This document shows, piece by piece, positions 24,101 to 35,960 of a DNA stretch of 64,000 nt. Origin of the DNA: Massalongia carnosa (Eukaryota); NCBI GenBank assembly GCA_965645245.1, contig OZ287068.1, forward strand, positions 186,001 through 250,000, written 5' to 3'. Made by a program: the position numbers and the translations under genes. Below the pieces are notes generated by a model. It did no database searches. It had not been told where the DNA came from and saw only the letters and a program-made list of their open reading frames with translations. How positions within the stretch are numbered: position 1 is the stretch's first letter; every line of letters starts with the position of its first letter.

Positions 24101-25660
24101 CACCCAATGGCCCCCTATTTGCTTGGTGCGGCAGAACGTCTTTCCCTTCTGATGCAGATGAGAATGTTCGGTGTCCCAGTGAACCCCCTTCTTTGTTAGC
24201 TTGCTTAGGCACACCAAATTGGTGAAAAATCCTGAGGATAGCGCCACATCTAGAAGCCTGATTGGCACCGGCCCATGAGTTCCTTGTGCCGTGATATCTA
24301 CCGTTCCATATCCATCTATGCTATAAACGGTTTTTCCGGCCATGAGCTTGTCATCAGTGTTTGCTATACGCGTCAACTGAAACCGCTCCGGATCATTGCA
24401 TACATGAATGTCTGTTCCGCAATCCAGGGTCCAACAGTTGACCAACCTATGTGGCTCCGGTTCGGAAGCAACTGCAAACGTTGAAAACGATCTAGGTGGT
24501 GCGGCAGGCAAGATCGAGACTGATGATCCGGCAGGCACTATCGAAACTGCAAATGCTGCAGGATCGGATTTTTCTGAAGACGATTTCTCTTCCTTTCCGA
24601 CTTTTTCGACTTGTTTTGCGTGCTTATCTCGGACCGACTTGATGATCTTATCTAGCCGATGATTCTTAGCTAGCTTTTCTTCTATTATTTTCTCAATGCT
24701 CTTGTCCGGGGTCCACCCCTCTGGCCTCAGGTCCTTGAGCAAATAGTAGCAATCCTTGAAGCGGTGCTTCTTGCCACATATGCACTTCTTCTCGGAATTT
24801 CCTTGGTCCGAGTTAGATCCCTGAGCTGATTTTTGACTCATTGTCGAGTTCGATTTTTCTTGATCTGATTGGTCAGATCCTTGAAATGTTGCAAATGCCG
24901 AATGGGTAGCCCCCTTGCTATCTAGGGCCCTGGCGGTTCGCAAATGATTCCGGAATTCTTCCAGAAGATCCCTTATCGAGAAATCTTCCTCATTCCGATG
25001 AATTTTATACTGTAATATGGCCTCTCTACCGGCCACAAACGAACCGTCCACTGTCCTTAGCGCATTCAAGAAATCATAAATGCATCTATGTCCCTGAACG
25101 TCCGGAATTTTCAGTCTATCCGCTTCTGCATAGACTTTCTCCCATTCCAACAACCAGTGATCCAGTTGCTGACTCTTGGGGGCACGTTGTAGGTCCTTAT
25201 ATTTCTGAATAACTTCGAGTTCTCGGATCCGGTCCGTCGGTGCAAGCCTCTTCTTTAGAGCTGATAACTTCTTATATATCGAGTCCTGTCCCCTGAGATA
25301 TAACAAATTGGTCCGATCCACGGTGGTCAATATATATGCTTCCAGGTTTTTTAGGGCTTCGGTCTTCTCCCGATACGTACGCAAGTCTTCTCTATGATCC
25401 TCTCTTCGCAATATCAGATCCCGTCGCTGTCCCTCGGTTAAGTCCTCGGATGACACGGCACCTGCTTTCATGGAAGAGAAGGTAGGGGTAATGGGTCTGA
25501 TTGGCTCGTCTGGCTCAGGTTTCGCCAGGTCCACATACTGCTCGATTCCACCTCGCTTGGCCATGGACTCCACGATAAGGATCCATTCATCCCAGTCACC
25601 GGGCTCCTTGAGGACTACCACGGTTTTCTGACTAGAAGCGGGCAAGGTAGAGAAAGACAT
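21110..25660 (-). CDS. Copia A gag-pol polyprotein, open up to the Copia B insertion
   Basis: Gag, LDCG protease, WHEMLGH, integrase, YVDD RT and RNase H in Copia order (IN before RT). Confidence 0.92.
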
Positions 25661-26814
25661 CTTCTGTTCGATTGTCCAAAGAAGATGGAAGAAGTAACAA
25701 TAAAGGTCAATAAGAACTTGGGGATACTGATCGATGAATGCAGCGATTAGGAAGCCGGGCTCATAACTGTCGGACCGTTCTTATTGATCTGGAAAATGAT
25801 GTTCTCCTTGTCTATCTAAACTGGAAATTCTAGCTAGCTATATAGACCATTTCGCCACATTCTTTCATAATCTAGATATCTTCCAGCCACTTCTATTTAC
25901 TAATAAATCATTAGTGATCCGGAACCCATGCGAGGTACAATGCTTTGAAATCATTGAGTATTAGAAATCAGATATATGGCATAGAAAGAAATAGCATCTG
26001 AAAGATCGAGGCCTCGGTTATTAGTCCGAAATCACGTGCTTTTCCTTCAACAGGATCTTACTTCGGGAATTGGCTTGAACCACGGTCTATTAATATCGAC
26101 ACAAATTTAGTACGGGCTTAGCTGAATAATGCCCCCTCGCCCATAAAACCCCCCTATATAAAAGACCCTATAGCCCATAAAACCCTGTCCCAAATGACCT
26201 TCGGCCGATCAATTGACCCATAAGACCAGGGTCTTGTCTGCCAAATAATTCGGTAGTTCTTTTCCTTTTAGACAGGGAGCAAACAGGCTCGTAGCAATAG
26301 CTACACAACACATAGCATCAACACATACAGTTTGTCAGGACTCGGGTGTGGGAGCGCTAAATCCAACGGCTCTTCCCGACCGAAGCTTCGGAGATAAGCT
26401 TCTAGAGCCGGATGGAAACTTCGAGAAGAAGGGCAAACGGGGCATATAGATTTCACATTCTTCTTTGTAGATAGATTTCTCTTCTTCATGCTTAGTCTCT
26501 TAGGTAGCTGACTACTATTCGTCTTCCCTGGATAGTGGTTCTTACATTAGACTAAGCATCTTCTTTAACCCTTGCTATCCTGAACACGATATTAAACCGT
26601 TCAACCAGGAAAATTAGAAGAAGAACCCGGAACTTAGACTAGAACCAGATCATAGGGCCTTAAATGCAAGGATTTCTAGGCCACCAGAATTACCAGAATC
26701 AAAAGAAGAACTCAGACCCAGAAGAACCAGAACCCAGGATCGTAGAAACCAGGATTTCTCGGCCATCGAATAGAAGATCACAAGATAAGAACACCCCCAA
26801 GAAAGAAAGAAGAA

Positions 26815-28110
26815 ATGCCCCGAGTAATCAGCGAGCCTCGAAGGAGTAGGCTCACTATGGACGAACCCATGGAGGGCCGACGTGAGTCCATTGTCCCTAA
26901 TATTATCGATGATGACTCCCCATATAGCATCGACTCCGTGGATAGACTGAATGAATTTGTCCGCCAGGACCCCCAGCGGGTGGTGGAAATGATAACTGAG
27001 TTGAAGACGGAGTCCCGAACGAAGACCCACCTATTGAACAAGGTGGCCGAAAGATTCAATGAAACGTTAGAGATAGCCCGGACCCTTCGCGATGAGCGGG
27101 ACTCGGCCCAAGAGGAATTGGATAAAGCTAAGGTGATAATCCAATTCCTTCAAAACACCAACATATCGTCCGCAAGCACCGCATCGGCCGAGAATGTGCA
27201 TACACACACGACCACTACCGCGTCAACACCTGCCCCCGAAGGAGTTGGCAAATCTTCCAAGCTTCCTGACCCACCCATTCTCGAAAATAATAAAGACGAC
27301 AACTTCGAGGACTGGCTATCTAGCATGAGAAATAAGCTAGAAGGCAATGCGGATTGGTACCCTACCGAGGCCATGAAAAAAGCATACGTACGGACTCGGG
27401 TTGGTGGTGAGGCAGTCAAGCATATAGCCTCTAGATTTAGAAAGGAGTCTACCAAACCATTTACCACTGCTGAAGAGATTTTCGATGATTTAAACCGAGT
27501 ATATGGTGACCCTCACAAGGAACAAACAGCACTGCGAGAATTCCGCGACCTTAAACAAGTGGGTAAATATCGAGAATTCCATGCCTTCTGGTCAGAATTC
27601 CAACGCTTAGCCAACGAACTTGAATATTCCGAAAAGACCCTACTGAATGAGCTCCGCAACAAGATGAACTTTGAGCTCCAGAAGATGCTAGCCGTCGAGG
27701 CCTACAAGGCCACCGATTTGTATGAATTCGCACGCCTATGCATGCATACTGATCAGACCATCCGCGAGGTTGAGACCAAGACGAAAGGCTATCGAAAGAA
27801 CTTTGTTGGCCCCTCAGTACCTATCGCAAGCACGGCCGGTGGGACCACCTCCATCGTAAAGGCCTCCACCCCCGCATTAACCCGTACTCCCGCAATGCCT
27901 TCCGCCACCAGCAGCCGATCTTCAACGCCCTTTATGGCCCGAGCCCCCCATCCCGATCCAATCATGGACAAAATAATGAAGGAAGGAAGATGTTTTAACT
28001 GCGATCTGACCGGGCATATGGCCAAAGACTGCCCTCAGCCTAGAAAGGGACGGGTTAGCGAGATGAGCGCAGAAGCAGAAGATTCGGGAAAAGACGCACC
28101 TCCGTCATAG
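26815..28110 (+). CDS. gag: Gypsy-2 Gag (431 aa)
   Basis: KLPDPP motif and CFNC...GH...C zinc knuckle. Confidence 0.92.
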   Translation: MPRVISEPRRSRLTMDEPMEGRRESIVPNIIDDDSPYSIDSVDRLNEFVRQDPQRVVEMITELKTESRTKTHLLNKVAERFNETLEIARTLRDERDSAQEELDKAKVIIQFLQNTNISSASTASAENVHTHTTTTASTPAPEGVGKSSKLPDPPILENNKDDNFEDWLSSMRNKLEGNADWYPTEAMKKAYVRTRVGGEAVKHIASRFRKESTKPFTTAEEIFDDLNRVYGDPHKEQTALREFRDLKQVGKYREFHAFWSEFQRLANELEYSEKTLLNELRNKMNFELQKMLAVEAYKATDLYEFARLCMHTDQTIREVETKTKGYRKNFVGPSVPIASTAGGTTSIVKASTPALTRTPAMPSATSSRSSTPFMARAPHPDPIMDKIMKEGRCFNCDLTGHMAKDCPQPRKGRVSEMSAEAEDSGKDAPPS

Positions 28111-31100
28111 ACGCGGCGAGGGTAGATGAGTTGGTTATCACATCTTTCTTTATGGAGGATGATTTATTCGATGACCATCCAGTAATGGAAGATTGTATCG
28201 TAGGAAATAAATTTAATACGAGAGCGATGATTGATACTGGATCTACTGGTTATTGTTTTGTTGATAGGCTAACTGCGCAGGAAATATGTGAAAAGGCTAA
28301 TATCTCACCGGTGACGTTAAATAGACGGAAAGAGATAAAGGCATATGATGGAAGAAAAGGCAAGCCTATTACCCAGGCCATTTATCCATCTCTGAAAATT
28401 GGAAATCATACCGAGAGCTCAACACCAATGTTGATCACCGAGCTGGGCCAACAAACGATTATTCTTGGCAAGCCTTGGATGCGAAAACATGGTTTTAGCT
28501 ATCATGGGCATACGAATTCGATTTCTTTTCGTCCCGATCATTGCAATCATCTAGGTGCCCCCGAAAGGCCTTTCCCATCGTCGCCAATCAGGAGAGAAGA
28601 ACCGGGCTCAACAAAGGACACCACGCCTATATTCCAACCAAAGAAGATATTGAAAAGAGACGAACCCGATGAAAAGAATCATAGCAACTCGAATCCAATT
28701 TCAGTTCGAAGATCAAGAAAGGAAGATATCTTGAAGCAAAAGTCTTGGAGAAAAGACGCCGAGAGCGAAGAAGCCCTGGATATAGCGATGATAGGTGCAG
28801 ACCCATTTAATGTATTAACGAAACAAAAGGATGTCGAGATATTTGCAGTCTCGCTGAGAGATATCAACATTGAACTAGCCAAGGGAGAAAAGCCAATCAC
28901 CGATCCTAAGACCATAGTCCCCCCCGAGTATTACGATTTTCTTGATGTTTTCTCTAAGGAAAAAGCTGATGAACTGCCCCCTCATAGAAAGCATGACCAT
29001 ACCATCAATTGCTAGAAGGTAAAGGACCCGGGCATGCCCCGCTATATAATATGTCAGAGGGAGAACTCCTACTGGTCAAGAGATATTTGGAAGAAAATCT
29101 GAAGAAAGGATTTATTACAGCCAGCTCGGCCCCATTTGCCTCGCCGATACTATTCGCCAAGAAACCGAGTGGAGGACTTCGGTTCTGCGTCGATTATCGA
29201 AAGCTAAACGAAATCACCAAAAAAAATCGATATCCCCTACCTCTGATATCTGAGATAATGTCTCGATTGGCCAGGGCTAGATTTTTGACAAGAATAGATA
29301 TTCGACATGCCTTTAACCGACTTAGGATGAAAACCGAAAAGGACGAAGATCTCACAACCTTCCGCACGCGATTTGGCTCATATAAATCTCTAGTATTACC
29401 CTTCGGACTGACCAACGGCCCTACTACGTTTCAGAACTTCATCAACGATACCTTCTTAGAATATCTAGACGAATTCCTAATAGCCTATCTGGACGATCTC
29501 TTGGTTTATAGTGAAACCATGACTGACCACCGAAAACATGTTCGAAAAGTTCTACAAAAGCTTCGAGAAGCTGGTATTCAGGCTGATGTGGATAAATGCG
29601 AATTCCATGTGACCGAAACAAAGTTCCTAGGAGTGGTAGTCGGGCGGAATGGGATCAAGATGGACCCTACCAAAATTGAGGCAGTCGTCGAATGGGCCAT
29701 CCCTAGGCATCTTAAACAGGTGCAGGCCTTTCTAGGATTTATCAACTTTTATAGACGTTTTATCAAAGAATTCTCCAAAATAGCCAAACCCCTCGTACAT
29801 CTAACTCGAAAAGACGAACCATTCAATTGGACCCCAGCCTGCCAAGCAGCTTTTTCCGAATTGAAAAGACGGGTGACCGAGGCCCCGGTCCTCGCGCATT
29901 TCAGCCCAAGCCGAGAAACGTTCGTGGAATCGGATTCATCTGATTATGTGTCAGCCGGAGTATTATCGCAAAGAGGTGAAGATGGACTTATCAGACCAGT
30001 AGCCTTCTTTTCAAAGAGCCTGTTGCCAGCCGAATGCAATTATGAAATATACGATAAAGAATTGCTTGCAATAATCAAATGTTTCGAGCAATGGAGGCCT
30101 GAGCTGCAATCCACCGAGCTCCCAATCAAAGTGTTGACCGACCACAAAAGCTTGGAATATTTCATGACAACCAAAAAGCTAAATAGGCGACAGGCCAGAT
30201 GGGCTGAATTTCTGGCCGATTTCAATTTTGTCATCACATACCAAGCTGGAAAATTCCATACAAAGGCAGATGCACTAACTAGAAGACCAGGAGACAGGCC
30301 CGAATCAGAGGAAGATGACAGGCAAAGGCATCAAAATCAGATAATCTTACCTCTCGAAAGCCTAGACCCTCAAATCCAAAAGGAAATGGGGTTTGAAATG
30401 AACGAGATCAACGCGGAAAAGTCGAAAGATCCGCTCGAGAATAATGCCAAACTATTTGTCCCCGAAGAAAAGAGAATGAAGCTGATACAGGAAGTTCACG
30501 ATCAACCAGCCGTTGGCCATCCGGGAATAAAGCGGACCTACGAGATGATGAAGAAATTCTTTTTTTGGCCAAAGATGAAAGGGACCATAGAACAATACAT
30601 TCGAAATTGTCATACATGCAAAAGAGCAAAAGCTCCAAGGGACGGTTATTCCGGACTATTAAATCCGCTACCTATACCAGACCGGCCCTGGACAGATATA
30701 TCAATGGATTTCGTAACTGGCCTACCTGAAAGCAAAGGTCATAATGCAATATTAATGGTAGTAGACCGATTTTCCAAGATGCATCATTACATTCCATGCA
30801 CCACGGACGAAGAAGGGACAACTGCCGAAGAGACGGCCCGAATGCTAATAAAACATGTATGGAAATTGCATGGCCTACCGACCACGATAATCTCAGATAG
30901 GGGACCTCAATTCGTATCGCTAGTATGGAAATCGCTATGCGTAATGCTGGGAATAAAGGCCAAGTTATCAACCGCATTCCATCCCGAGACCGACGGTCAA
31001 AGCGAAATATCCAATCAAGAAATGGAGCGATATCTGAGAACCTATGTCAATTATCAGCAAGATGACTAGACAGAGTAGCTATCGATGGCCGAGTTTGCAT

Positions 31101-31792
31101 CAAATGCCTGTGTCTCAGCTTCAAGTGGATTATCTCCATTTCAGGTCAACTATGGGTTTGAACCGAGGATGAGCTTCTATCCGATTGACGCATCTACTGG
31201 ATCGGCCAGAGAAAGAATATTGAAAACTCGAGCAAAAAATATCGGCCAAGCAATGGAGAAAATCTGGGAATTCGGAAAAGAAAACCTAGTACGAAGCCAA
31301 GAAAGTCAGAAGAGATTCGCGGACAATCATCGGGAGGAGGCACTAACCTATAAAGAAGGAGATGAAGTTTGGCTATCAACCAAAAATATCAAAACGGAAA
31401 GGCCTTCGAAAAAGCTAGATCATAAGATGATCGGACCGTACAAGATATTAAAAGCTTTGGGGAATAGCTATAAGTTAGATCTTCCAGCATCGATGAAAAT
31501 ACACGATGTTTTCCATTCATCATTACTCCGACCAGCAAGTAAAGACCCATTGCCCGGACAAATACCCCCGCCTCCACCACCGGTAATAATTGACAACGAG
31601 GAAGAATTTGAAATTGATGATATTTTGGATTCAAGAACTTTCAACAAGAAGCTACAATACAAGGTAAAATGGAGCAATTACCCACCGGATAACACATGGT
31701 ATCCGGCCGAAGATTTTGCGAATACAAAAGAAACTGTGGAAGAATATCATCGGAAATATCCAAAGAAGCCGCGACCGAAGCTAATCACATGA
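28086..31792 (+). pseudogene. pol: Gypsy-2 pol, disrupted
   Basis: DTG, YLDD, RNase H, integrase, chromodomain. Frameshift near 29010; TAG stops at 31067 and 31076. Confidence 0.93.
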
Positions 31793-32660
31793 CAGCGATC
31801 AGGAGCTCGCTAACCAAGAGGGGGGTAGTGTCAGGACTCGGGTGTGGGAGCGCTAAATCCAACGGCTCTTTCCGACCGAAGCTTCGGAGATAAGCTTTTA
31901 GAGCCGGATGGAAACTTCGAGAAGAAGGGCAAACGGGGCATATAGATTTCACATTCTTCTTTGTAGATAGATTTCTCTTCTTCATGCTTAGTCTCTTAGG
32001 TAGCTGACTACTATTCTTCTTCCCTGGATAGTGGTTCTTACACAGTTCACAGGCACGAGGCATGAGGCACGAGGCATGAGGCACGAGGCATGAGGCACGA
32101 GGCGCGAGGCTTACAGTGATCAGTCTAGCTATTGTCCTTATTCTATTGTTCTGTTCTTCTCTTGTTTGTTTGTTCTCTTGCACTCCTAGCAGTAGTGGAC
32201 TACGCACACCACCCAGTGCATCCTTCCACAGCGTCCCGACCAAAAGACACTGTGGAAGGAGGAACTGGGTGGTATGCGTGGTCCACTACTGCTAGGAGTG
32301 CAAGAGAACAAACAAACAAGAGAAGAACAGAACAATAGAATAAGAACAATAGCTAGACTGATCACTGTAAGCCTCGCGCCTCGTGCCTGATGCCTCGTGC
32401 CTCATGCCTCGTGCCTGTGAACTGTATGTGTTGATGCTATGTGTTGTAGCTATTGCTACGAGCATGCTTGCTCTAAAAGAAAAGAACTATCTATAACTAA
32501 ACTAAAGGAAAGACTGTCACCTGACTTCCCCGCTACCTTTACCGAGTATCAGCCGAAAAGAACCAACTCCCGAACTTTGAATTTAGAGTATCACCGCTCC
32601 ACCCCCCTACATAGTTCCCCTCTCTCTTTAGGTGTCGACCCCTGACACCTATCACTGTTC

Positions 32661-33176
32661 CTACTCCAGCGTTCGCTTCATTCCGGCCTCAGCAAACACT
32701 AACTCCTCCTCATCCAGCTCGGGTCCCGGAGTTGTATCAATGTCATCAGAGATGTGAGGAATAGGCCTGCCATGTGACTCTCGCTTTAACCGAAAAGATG
32801 ACCTAGTCCCAAAGTCCTCTTCCCCTGCTTTCTTCACATGCTGAAACATAATAATGGCCTCCTTTAGTGTCCGATTCCTCCATTCTCCAACTGCCCGTGA
32901 CAGTTGGGCCATATCCACCTCCTCAATAACATCTTCTCGTTGAGCTTTGAACTCTTCTTCTTTCATCACCGAGGCCCAGGCATCATTCTGTATGACATAG
33001 TCATAATAGTCCACTATGCTATCCCCTAGCATATGCTGGAACTCTATTAGCTGCGATTCTATGGTCCTCTGTCCCTCGTATCGGTCTGCTGGGGTCAATG
33101 TCTCAAGAAAAGCTAGTGCGTCTGTCATGCGGTGGAAGCGGTCATTTCCTAGGACAATGAGTAATTGGAAAGACAT
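32661..33176 (-). CDS. 171-aa accessory ORF (second copy)
   Basis: 5 aa differences from 198-713; same strand as pol. Confidence 0.55.
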   Translation of the reverse strand: MSFQLLIVLGNDRFHRMTDALAFLETLTPADRYEGQRTIESQLIEFQHMLGDSIVDYYDYVIQNDAWASVMKEEEFKAQREDVIEEVDMAQLSRAVGEWRNRTLKEAIIMFQHVKKAGEEDFGTRSSFRLKRESHGRPIPHISDDIDTTPGPELDEEELVFAEAGMKRTLE

Positions 33177-33533
33177 GCCAAAAGATGTAAGGCAAGTAAG
33201 GTAAGATAAACTGTTCCAAGTTATCGAGTAGCTTGCTGACTTTCGCTTAGATAAGAAGTTGAGCTTAGCAGAGATGTTTGCTGATAGGAAGATAGTATAT
33301 GTGCTGATCAGGTAGGTAGTAAAAGCTAGATAATTTGCTGAGTTCTGGTAGTATGGAAAAGGTAAAACATGGAGGTGAGGATTCGGAAGATGGCAATTTC
33401 GACTAAGGTTGGTGAAGTTTTCGGTGAATTTTGGTAAGTGTGAAATGAAACTATTCCGAAGGTTCGTGTGCTTCCTCCGCTGACAATATGCATTTTACTA
33501 AGGAAATTCGTTCGATATAGGTAGTCGGATATG

Positions 33534-35960
33534 TCAATTTTCCACCGTCTCCATCGCATCAGCACGTCTGCTAGGAATCACTACTGCCATTGGCCAGCCA
33601 GGTGGAATCATGGACTGTCGGTCGTCCTCGTCCCCCCCATGGTTTATAGTCGGCCCCTGACTATTATGTTGCTCAGGTTCTTCTATCGGAGGTAAGTTAA
33701 TATTTTGCCGAGCATGAAATGGTTTCAGTCGATTTTCTGCAAAGGTTCCAGCTAATAGGGTGCCGTCTAGTTCACATAGTTTGTAAGTTCCCTTATCAAC
33801 AATTGTTTGTTGAATTTTATATGGTCCTAACCACCTGAAAGTTAGTTTGCCTGTGTGCTGATTGTCTAATTTAGTGTCGTGCAAAAGAATTAATTGACCC
33901 TCGGTGAGTTCAATTGATCTCAGATTGTTCAGAGTGTCAAGATCTCTTTGCCTTCCATTCTTTGTCTTTGCAGGAATAAAGCTGTCTCTTCCATGTCTTC
34001 ATTCCTTCGCTGTATTTGTCTCGCACGCATAGCTAGCAATTCGTCTGTTGTATGAACTTCATTCCATGGTAATATTCTCCATGTTGGAATTTCCAGTTCA
34101 ATTGGTAGAACAGCCTCATTACCACTATTCAGAAAGGTGTGTTGCCGGTGCTAGCACGAACTGTTGTCCGGTCGGCCCATAGTACTGCAGGAAGATTATC
34201 AACCCATTTGCCCATGCCTCCATTTGTCATTTTGGATAATGCTTGAACAACTGGCCGATGTCCCCGTTCTATCATGCCATTGGCTTGCGGATGATAGGCA
34301 GAAACAACTACTCTTTTGATACCATATCGATTTGCTAATTCGATAACAGCATCTTTGTTTTCTGGTCCACCATCAACAATCAGTTTTCCGAAGCACCCAT
34401 CTCTGCATATAAAATCTTCCCACAAGAATCTCGCGACATTCTGAGCGGTAGCTTTTCCTAGTGCTCTACCCTCGACCCATCCGGAAAAGTCATCTCTGGC
34501 CATAACAATATAGTGCTTGCCTCGACAAGCTGGCATATGTACCACGTCTAAGCCAACCTTCTGCCACATGAAGGTAACCCATGTCGGATGAAGTGCTTCC
34601 TCGAGCCTAGTGGGGTCACGTTTCTGACATTCCTCGCAGGACCGAACATAGCCTTTTACATCATCGTGCAATTGTTCCCACCAGTACCTGTCTGCTATGC
34701 GTCTGTATGTGCCCTCTCTGCCTCTATGTCCACTTTCGTCATGTAGCTGTTTCAATATTTCCAACTTCCGCTCATCAGAGTCTATCACTCGCCTGGAAGG
34801 TACGTTCTTGCTATTTCGTCTATAAAGATGGCCATCTTGTACTCGATAGCGCAAGACCTCGCTCTTAAACGCCCTAAACTCTTTGCGGTTTAGTCCAACC
34901 GGCTTTTGTAGTGATGTTAGAAATGCAGCGATTCTCTCGGACTTATCACTATATCCGGCCTTTAGCACTTTTTCGTCTGGCACCTCGTCTGCGGAGTTAA
35001 CGGAAATTGGACAGGCCCTTAGTGAATTCAGTTCGGCATCTATGAAGTCGTCTATGTCTTGCTCCTGCTGTTCGGCCCGAATTTCTTCCTCAGTATGAGG
35101 TCGTCTAGACAGTCCATCTGCTGCCGTATTTTTTCGGCCAGCAACATGTTTGACCTCGAAGTCAAACAGTCGTATCCATGCTATCCATCGGACTATCAGA
35201 GCACCAGGCAAATCGGTACAAGCTCCATTCAATTGCGCCACTAGGACGTTGGCGTCTGTCTCCAACACAAAGTGAACTCCATATAGCCAGTGCCTTGTCT
35301 TTTTCAATGCCTTTAGAACGCCTCGACACTCTCGCTTGGTTGCATCATATCGCTGTTCCACCTCGCTCCATACTCCGCTTTCGTACCGAATGGGGTGACG
35401 CTTGCCATCAAAGATTTGCATCAGTACAGCGCCCCATCCTTTCAAACTCGCATCTACAGCCAATATGATAAGTCCAGCTAGCTCGCTATAGTCAATGGTC
35501 TTTCGTGCTGGCGGAGATGTCAGAGCTATCTTCAGCAAGTCCATTGCCTCGGTTTGTTCCATGCCCCATACAAAAGCAGCATCTTTCTTCAGCAGACGAT
35601 ATATTGGTTCAGCAACAATGGCAAAGTCCAATATCCATATGCGATAGTACACACACACACCTATAAAAGCACGAGCGGAAGAAGCGTCGGTGCATATCGG
35701 CCACTCTAGAATTTTGATGACCTTAGCGGTGTCCGGATGTCTACCATCGGAGTCGGTCACAAATCATACTATCTTCAGACCGGCCATGCAAAATTGCGAC
35801 TTTTCTCCGGAGATAGTGCATCCAGCCCTTTCTATGTCCGCGAGTACCCCATCTAGCCACGTGAGATGTTCAAGCACGTACTTTCTGATGCCCGGTGCCA
35901 CTTCTTCACCATCATAGTCAGTCTTCGGCCCCTTCACTCCGATGTCATCAAGGAAAGGTT
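33534..35960 (-). pseudogene. pol: Gypsy E pol fragment (RT C-terminus, RNase H, integrase; no chromodomain seen)
   Basis: FLDD, VDAS, HDESGH/CEEC, DGGPE, AYHPQANGMIERG; several stops and frameshifts. Confidence 0.9.

Larger units (their letters stand above)
8883..26101 (-). mobile_element. Ty1/Copia element A (334-bp LTRs), host of two nested retrotransposons
   Basis: 5' LTR 25768-26101; 3' LTR split into 8883-8995 and 15682-15902; PBS 25753-25767; PPT near 15903-15911; single gag-pol ORF. Confidence 0.93.
26333..32042 (+). mobile_element. Gypsy-2: full-length chromovirus
   Basis: 214-bp LTRs 26333-26546 and 31829-32042 (3 mismatches seen); TSD CAGTT; PPT AAGAGGGGGG. Confidence 0.97.
26102..32230 (+). 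repeat. LTR related to family E, split by Gypsy-2 (26102-26332 plus 32048-32230)
   Basis: 26253-26332 and 32043-32230 align with 893-1112. The 5' part (26102-26252) differs and its left boundary is uncertain. Confidence 0.7.
32251..35960 (-). mobile_element. Gypsy family E copy, 5'-truncated within RT
   Basis: LTR 32251-32647; accessory ORF; pol fragments running from PFLDD through RNase H and integrase. Confidence 0.9.

Noticed and set aside
32050..32110. GAGGCA(C/T) 7-mer array as a telomere-like repeat
   Set aside because: Internal part of the family E LTR, present in all three copies.
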